A stretch of DNA of 64,000 nt from a virus (Duplodnaviria > Heunggongvirae > Uroviricota > Caudoviricetes), in the IMG/VR virus record IMGVR_UViG_3300042549_006728; one strand, given 5' to 3'. Below, in pieces: positions 59,380 through 64,000 of the stretch. Both the position numbers and the translations under genes were made by a program. The notes beneath the pieces are model-generated. The model saw nothing but the letters and a program-made list of their open reading frames with translations. It made no database searches and was not told the DNA's origin. Position 1 is the stretch's first letter, and the number at the start of each line of letters is the position of its first letter.

Positions 59380-59523
59380 TTATTCTTTTGGTATTAGATA
59401 ATCTATATAATATTTACGCATATAAGTTGGCATAATCAGAATATCTGAATATGAAAAACCTCTATTAACTAAAAATAATATCTCCCTAAGAAGATATTGT
59501 TGATGGTTAGATGTCAGGCCAAA
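59380..59523 (-). CDS. tail-assembly-chaperone C-terminal extension (gpGT/gp51-like), probably reached by frameshift
   Basis: +1-frame segment FGLTSNHQQYLLREILFLVNRGFSYSDILIMPTYMRKYYIDYL overlaps the end of the 258-aa gene; no convincing start of its own. Confidence 0.6.
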   Translation of the reverse strand, partial: FGLTSNHQQYLLREILFLVNRGFSYSDILIMPTYMRKYYIDYLIPKE

Positions 59524-60283
59524 ATAAATTTTTATTGATTCTAAGAAAGGTATTAACGGACTCTCCCCCCTGAGTCCTAGCAATGACATTAAAATTAATT
59601 CCTGGCTCAATCTCTAACAAATACTTATTAAGATTTCTAATATCCATGATAGGTAACGCTTTTAAAATATTGGATATTTTAATCTTATCTCTTTCACCGT
59701 CTATATCCATTATCGATCTTTCTAATCTTAAAGTTGTTTTAGTAGAAATTTCATTTTTAGACCTTTCCATAATTTGTTGATCTAAAATTTCTATTTCTTC
59801 CTCATCTTTACCTGTCAATAATCTAAATTTTAAATTTTTATTTGATTTAGGAAGAATGAAATCAAATAACCCATTTTCGTCTGGTTTAACAGTTAATTTT
59901 TTTTGTTCTAAAGTAGATAAATCAACCTCCCCTTCTACCACCTTTTTAGAAAAAGGATCAATAATAGGTTGTATATATTTTTCACCAAATGCAGAAACTC
60001 TTAAGAAAATAATTATTGCCATTCTATCACCTTCCAAAAGTAACTTATGATCAAATCCTAAATCTTTAACTTTTCTTTCTAATAAAACATCTATAAGTTT
60101 CCCACTAGCCAATATATTTGGTGATGTCAATATGTTCTCATCAAAAGCAGTTAAGTATTCTACTTTAATTTTATCTTTTTTATTTGGGTATAATAAACCT
60201 TGTGAAGGTAATTCTATTATATCGTAAGGTACCTTATAATCTTCAGGTACAAAGTTTGGGTCATTAAAGCTATTTTTATCCAT
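59507..60283 (-). CDS. T4 gp26-like baseplate hub assembly / tail assembly chaperone
   Basis: IELPSQGLLYP, YLTAFDENIL, LLEGDRMAIIIFLRVSAFG, FRLLTGKDE and C-terminal FWP. Confidence 0.75.
   Translation of the reverse strand: MDKNSFNDPNFVPEDYKVPYDIIELPSQGLLYPNKKDKIKVEYLTAFDENILTSPNILASGKLIDVLLERKVKDLGFDHKLLLEGDRMAIIIFLRVSAFGEKYIQPIIDPFSKKVVEGEVDLSTLEQKKLTVKPDENGLFDFILPKSNKNLKFRLLTGKDEEEIEILDQQIMERSKNEISTKTTLRLERSIMDIDGERDKIKISNILKALPIMDIRNLNKYLLEIEPGINFNVIARTQGGESVNTFLRINKNLFWPDI
59519..59527 (-). other. candidate +1 ribosomal slippery site TTA TTT TGG
   Basis: Frame 0 TTT-TGG becomes TTT-GGC in +1, which is open for 47 codons. Confidence 0.5.
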
Positions 60284-60319
60284 ATTATAAAACTATTTAT
60301 TAATTATTAAAAGTAAATA

Positions 60320-62488
60320 TTATACTATTTCTATTGGTTCAACAAGAACTTCTATTTTACCAAACATTTTATCTAATTCATTTTGATCGATAACTTTATT
60401 GGTATCTACATCATCATCAAAATCGTCTGGATCTACAATTATACCACCTTCTGATCCTGCATCAACTTCTCTTTTCTTATTCCAATACTCTGAACAAGTT
60501 TGATCTAATTTATTTTCTAAATCTACTAATTTCCCAACAGATAAAGGTTTCCCATCTACACTTGTTTTAGGTAAAAATCCCGCTATTAATTCGTCAACTG
60601 TTGGGACTTTGGGGAATGCACCACCGACCAATGGGGTATTTCTTAAAAAATCACTTATGTCTTTGAACCATTCATTATCTCTTTCTTTACCTTTAAATTG
60701 TTCATTAGTTTCTTTTTCAAAATTTTGTAAAGATTCCTTTAAGTATTTTATACGCTCTCTTAATTTTGTAGATTTACCTTCTTTATCATTACAAAAATCT
60801 TCAATTTCTTTTTGATTCCATGAGGCAATATTTACTATATTATTATATTCTACACTAAATTCTTCTAATGCCGTCATATATTCATCTTTTTTATTAAAAA
60901 AAGCGTCTACTTTTTGGTTACATTCACTTATACAACTATTAGTATTAGCATTACCATAACCGAATTTACTTTCACATTTTGATCTACATCTAGCGTAACC
61001 AATTTTCCTTAAATTTTCTAAATCTCTTTTAACAGATTTCAGTGGTTCTACTACTAAAAATCCTAAAGGATGATACTTCCATAGTTTACTATTACCATAA
61101 TCGGCACCTGCAGTCATTATTAAGGATTCTGAATCAGGTAAACTACCTCTTTGGGTTGATACATAAATTTCATTTAAACTAATTAAAGCGACTTGTTCTA
61201 CCACAATTATTCTAAGGACATCTTCTATATTTTTCATTCTTTTACCTGACCAACCTTCAGCATTTTTAGGCATGTTATAGTCAACAAAACTAAATCTTTT
61301 ATTACTATATAACTTTTTTCCTGAAGTAAGAAAACGAACCACTTTTAAACTTTCAGATATTGTTGGGAATATATATCTAAAAGTTTGTCCTAGTTTATCG
61401 TTAATTTTACCCGCAAAATTATTTTTTGGGGTATTGTCTACAATTGTTTTTTGTATTATTGGGTTTTCACCACTAGTTGGATCTACGTCAAAGTCTTTAA
61501 TAGGACTCGATGGTGGAGTAACATCTATAGGTTTTAAATTTTTCTGACTAATTAAATTTAAATTATCATCAAATATCAATTCAAACCCCTCAACAATATT
61601 AACACTTCTATAACCACCATTTGGTAATTTTACTATTAATACTTTCCCACCGTCAATTTCTTTTGCTAATCCTTCAGGTGTAATACTTCTCCCTTTTCCG
61701 TCACCTAAATTTTTAAGTGCTCGTTCAATAGCATCTATTATTTCACCTTTTATTACATCAGGATTACCATTCGCATTTATTTCATCTGTTGTTGCTTTAG
61801 TTGGTCCAGCAGAAGAACCACCATCAACACCATCATAATAGTCATTTACTTCCTTACTAGCACTATTAGGATCATATGTATCATCTTTTTTAATATTATC
61901 ACCTTCTATTTTATAAGTTTCTATTTTTTCTTTACCACCCACAGTCTCTACTTTATGAACAACATTTTCACCTGTATTAGATTTAGTAACTATGGTAGTT
62001 TTAGATTTAGTTTTTGGTGGTGTATATTTACCTTTACTTTCTTTCCATAAATCAAATACCATACCTCTTAAATCACCTTCAGCGGGTAAATCATTTATCA
62101 CCTGTAAGATTAATTTATCATCCGCAGTTTTTAAGAATCCACTATCTGACCATTTTTTAAATGATAAAATTGCGTCATTTGCGTAATCCCAGTTAATGCC
62201 CATAGATCTCCATAAAGATTTATAGTCGTTTAAATGTCTAGCTAAATCATCAAAAGTATTAATTTCGGCATTTAAAAAATTAGTTGCAAGTTTTGGGTCA
62301 ACATTTTTAATAGCTTTTGCAACTGAAGAACTAGCCGTCTCTAATGCATCAGATAATCTTCTACCAATACCTTGTTCAGTTAATAGTTTATTTTCTTTTA
62401 AATTACCATATAATCTTTCCTCAGTAAATAAAGATTTAATTCTCTTCATTTCTTCATTTAAATTATTATATTTTTTTTTCATATTCAT
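60320..62488 (-). CDS. leader-bearing putative internal head/ejected protein
   Basis: Leader NNLNEEMKRIKSLFTEERLYGNLKENKLLTEQ; 722 aa, mostly helical with amphipathic segments. Confidence 0.6.
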   Translation of the reverse strand: MNMKKKYNNLNEEMKRIKSLFTEERLYGNLKENKLLTEQGIGRRLSDALETASSSVAKAIKNVDPKLATNFLNAEINTFDDLARHLNDYKSLWRSMGINWDYANDAILSFKKWSDSGFLKTADDKLILQVINDLPAEGDLRGMVFDLWKESKGKYTPPKTKSKTTIVTKSNTGENVVHKVETVGGKEKIETYKIEGDNIKKDDTYDPNSASKEVNDYYDGVDGGSSAGPTKATTDEINANGNPDVIKGEIIDAIERALKNLGDGKGRSITPEGLAKEIDGGKVLIVKLPNGGYRSVNIVEGFELIFDDNLNLISQKNLKPIDVTPPSSPIKDFDVDPTSGENPIIQKTIVDNTPKNNFAGKINDKLGQTFRYIFPTISESLKVVRFLTSGKKLYSNKRFSFVDYNMPKNAEGWSGKRMKNIEDVLRIIVVEQVALISLNEIYVSTQRGSLPDSESLIMTAGADYGNSKLWKYHPLGFLVVEPLKSVKRDLENLRKIGYARCRSKCESKFGYGNANTNSCISECNQKVDAFFNKKDEYMTALEEFSVEYNNIVNIASWNQKEIEDFCNDKEGKSTKLRERIKYLKESLQNFEKETNEQFKGKERDNEWFKDISDFLRNTPLVGGAFPKVPTVDELIAGFLPKTSVDGKPLSVGKLVDLENKLDQTCSEYWNKKREVDAGSEGGIIVDPDDFDDDVDTNKVIDQNELDKMFGKIEVLVEPIEIV

Positions 62489-62498
62489 ATATTTTATG

Positions 62499-63182
62499 TT
62501 AATGTTGTAATAATTTTAATATTTCTGTTTTATCCATACCCTTATTGAGAACATTACCATTAACAATATTACTACTATTTAGATAATAAGTAAGGACATC
62601 ACCAAATTTTAATACACCTGAAGGTATATTCATAGAACTAGATTCACTACTACTAATTGTCACATCTACTAAACTACCTGAACCATCTTTCTTTTTAAAT
62701 GGTGAATTTTCCCAATCAGAGCTACCTCCTTTAAAAACACCTACATATTTAAAGGTAGAGGTTCCGCCTTTTATTTTGATGTCGGTACCATCACATTCGT
62801 ATTTTGATCGGTACATTAATTTTTTACTACCATTTTCTGGATTTAATAAAAAAGTTAATATTAATTGATTATCGGAATAAAATGTTAAATGAAAAGTAGG
62901 TATACCACTTGTTTTATAATTACTTTTAGCCAATACGAAACAATCTTCTACAGTATTACCAGCAGAAGCAACAGATATTCTACCACTTACATCTGATAAA
63001 GCTTGTTTTGTACATTTTATATTGTCGTTACTATCACATATATTTTCAGATTCAGTAGGATTAAAAACTTTATATCCATTAGATTCTAAATCTTCCTCAC
63101 ATTGTTCTAAATCTCCACCACATTGTTCTTTAAGCAACATTAAAGTTTTAATTCTATTTAATTGCTCCGTTAAGTTCTTCAT
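62499..63182 (-). CDS. leader-bearing putative internal head protein
   Basis: Leader MKNLTEQLNRIKTLMLLKEQ. Confidence 0.65.
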   Translation of the reverse strand: MKNLTEQLNRIKTLMLLKEQCGGDLEQCEEDLESNGYKVFNPTESENICDSNDNIKCTKQALSDVSGRISVASAGNTVEDCFVLAKSNYKTSGIPTFHLTFYSDNQLILTFLLNPENGSKKLMYRSKYECDGTDIKIKGGTSTFKYVGVFKGGSSDWENSPFKKKDGSGSLVDVTISSSESSSMNIPSGVLKFGDVLTYYLNSSNIVNGNVLNKGMDKTEILKLLQH

Positions 63183-63342
63183 TAAATATTTTTTTTAATT
63201 CTTCTTTATATAATTGTATTTCTTCTTGTAAGATTTCAATACTCTCTTTATCATTTATATTATAAATATTAAATAAATTATTAATTTCATCTAATCTATT
63301 TTTTATAATATCTATTCTTTCTTGTATTTCTAAAACTATCAT
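63154..63342 (-). CDS. small coiled-coil hypothetical protein
   Basis: 62 aa, ATGA overlap with the upstream gene, heptad-like charged sequence. Confidence 0.55.
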   Translation of the reverse strand: MIVLEIQERIDIIKNRLDEINNLFNIYNINDKESIEILQEEIQLYKEELKKIFNEELNGAIK

Positions 63343-64000
63343 TTTTGATTTTTTAAATAATCCTCTTGTTGTTGATTTAATAAATCTATTGCATCCGATC
63401 CTTTTTTACCGTCATCTACACCAGACACTGCATCCATCTCTTCTTTATTATCAACGTATCTAACATTATCTTTTCTATTCTTTTCATCGGTAGGTGCCAT
63501 TTCTATATTAGATACTTCTTTACCACTTATACTTTTATTCATTAAATCAGAAGTTTGTGTAGATAACCAATCCTTAAATTTTTTAGTTTGAAATTTAGGG
63601 TTATTTAGTAACCACTCTCTTGATTTTTTTATATCGTCTTCAGTTGGTATTTCTTCACTTTTTGTCCAAGGTCTCCATCCTTTAGTATAAGCGTTATTAA
63701 GTAATGTATTATCTGTAATTGATCCATCAGAAAGAAATATTTCTTTAGTAGACTTCCAGTCATAACCATCATTTTTAATATTAGTTTGCACAGTTGGTTT
63801 AAGAGAATGTTGTACTAAATTAATTTTATCCGATAACCATTTAGCTACTTCAGGTTCACTTAAAACCTCTGATAATATAACATACATACCTAACTCTTGT
63901 AAAGCTTCTTTTCCTGCAATAGTTTTCATATACGCATTTAATGATGTAACTACATCACCATTATTTTGTAAAACTAAATTTTTAAAGTTTTTATTTTTTG
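63339..64000 (-). CDS. hypothetical protein, 5' end outside the window
   Basis: The frame of the listed 196-aa ORF stays open to the edge (KNKNFKNLVLQNNGDVVTSLNAY-MKT...), so Met 63929 is probably internal. Confidence 0.75.
   Translation of the reverse strand, partial: KNKNFKNLVLQNNGDVVTSLNAYMKTIAGKEALQELGMYVILSEVLSEPEVAKWLSDKINLVQHSLKPTVQTNIKNDGYDWKSTKEIFLSDGSITDNTLLNNAYTKGWRPWTKSEEIPTEDDIKKSREWLLNNPKFQTKKFKDWLSTQTSDLMNKSISGKEVSNIEMAPTDEKNRKDNVRYVDNKEEMDAVSGVDDGKKGSDAIDLLNQQQEDYLKNQK

Noticed and set aside
59524-59610. ATG 59610 as the real start of the 76-aa ORF
   Set aside because: The first ~29 residues lie inside the gp26-like gene in another frame and look like frame noise; only the part from FGLT resembles a chaperone tail.
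25-62186. Many short opposite-strand or nested ORFs in the track (e.g. 25..276, 2465..2872, 19115..19351, 24380..24694, 35560..36150, 43965..44396, 54120..54671, 57399..57815)
   Set aside because: They lie wholly within long, motif-supported genes and have the S/L/F/I-rich composition typical of antisense shadows of AT-rich coding DNA.
63339-63929. 196-aa ORF as a complete gene
   Set aside because: The frame is open to position 64000, so it is most likely the 3' part of a longer gene.
1-64000. Stop-codon reassignment, as in some large phages
   Set aside because: Very long ORFs (up to 2756 aa) and all core genes are intact in the standard code, and TAA, TAG and TGA all occur as normal stops.
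1-64000. CRISPR array, tRNA/rRNA genes, reverse transcriptase/DGR, transposase
   Set aside because: No spaced repeat array, cloverleaf or matching protein motifs were seen by eye. The repeats found are in-frame coding repeats.

Overview
64 kb of a very AT-rich large (jumbo-type) tailed-phage genome, almost entirely coded on the minus strand in standard genetic code. Layout: (i) 1-8.6 kb, recombination/replication block (SbcC/Rad50-like ATPase cut by the left edge, SbcD/Mre11-like nuclease, PD-(D/E)XK exonuclease, primase, RuvC-like resolvase) with a small plus-strand island; (ii) 8.6-36.9 kb, contractile-tail baseplate/fibre block (2756-aa wedge-like protein, T4 gp6-like and gp25-like genes, several Cys-rich proteins); (iii) 36.9-44.8 kb, zincin-like protease, DUF5522-like protein, class II ribonucleotide reductase, DnaB-like helicase, 5'-3' exonuclease, RecA/UvsX and gp32-like SSB; (iv) 44.9-64 kb, hub/tube-fold baseplate proteins, LysM-like gp53, tape-measure-like protein, gp26-like chaperone and putative internal head proteins. 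TTTG-N19/20-TAnnTTTG promoters, DUF5522 and a Bacteroidota-type beta-propeller point to a Bacteroidota host. Most interesting candidates: a family of N-terminal leaders ending in L-x-E sites (possible capsid-loading and cleavage system) on diverse cargo, including an OmpA-like plus CxC-repeat protein; a probable +1 ribosomal frameshift in the tail chaperone gene; an Mre11/Rad50 pair with an apparently relocated gene boundary; a catalytically degenerate GH19 domain on the hub; and a late-promoter-like motif that is the reverse complement of the T4 late box. All family assignments come from motif recognition by eye; no database search was run.
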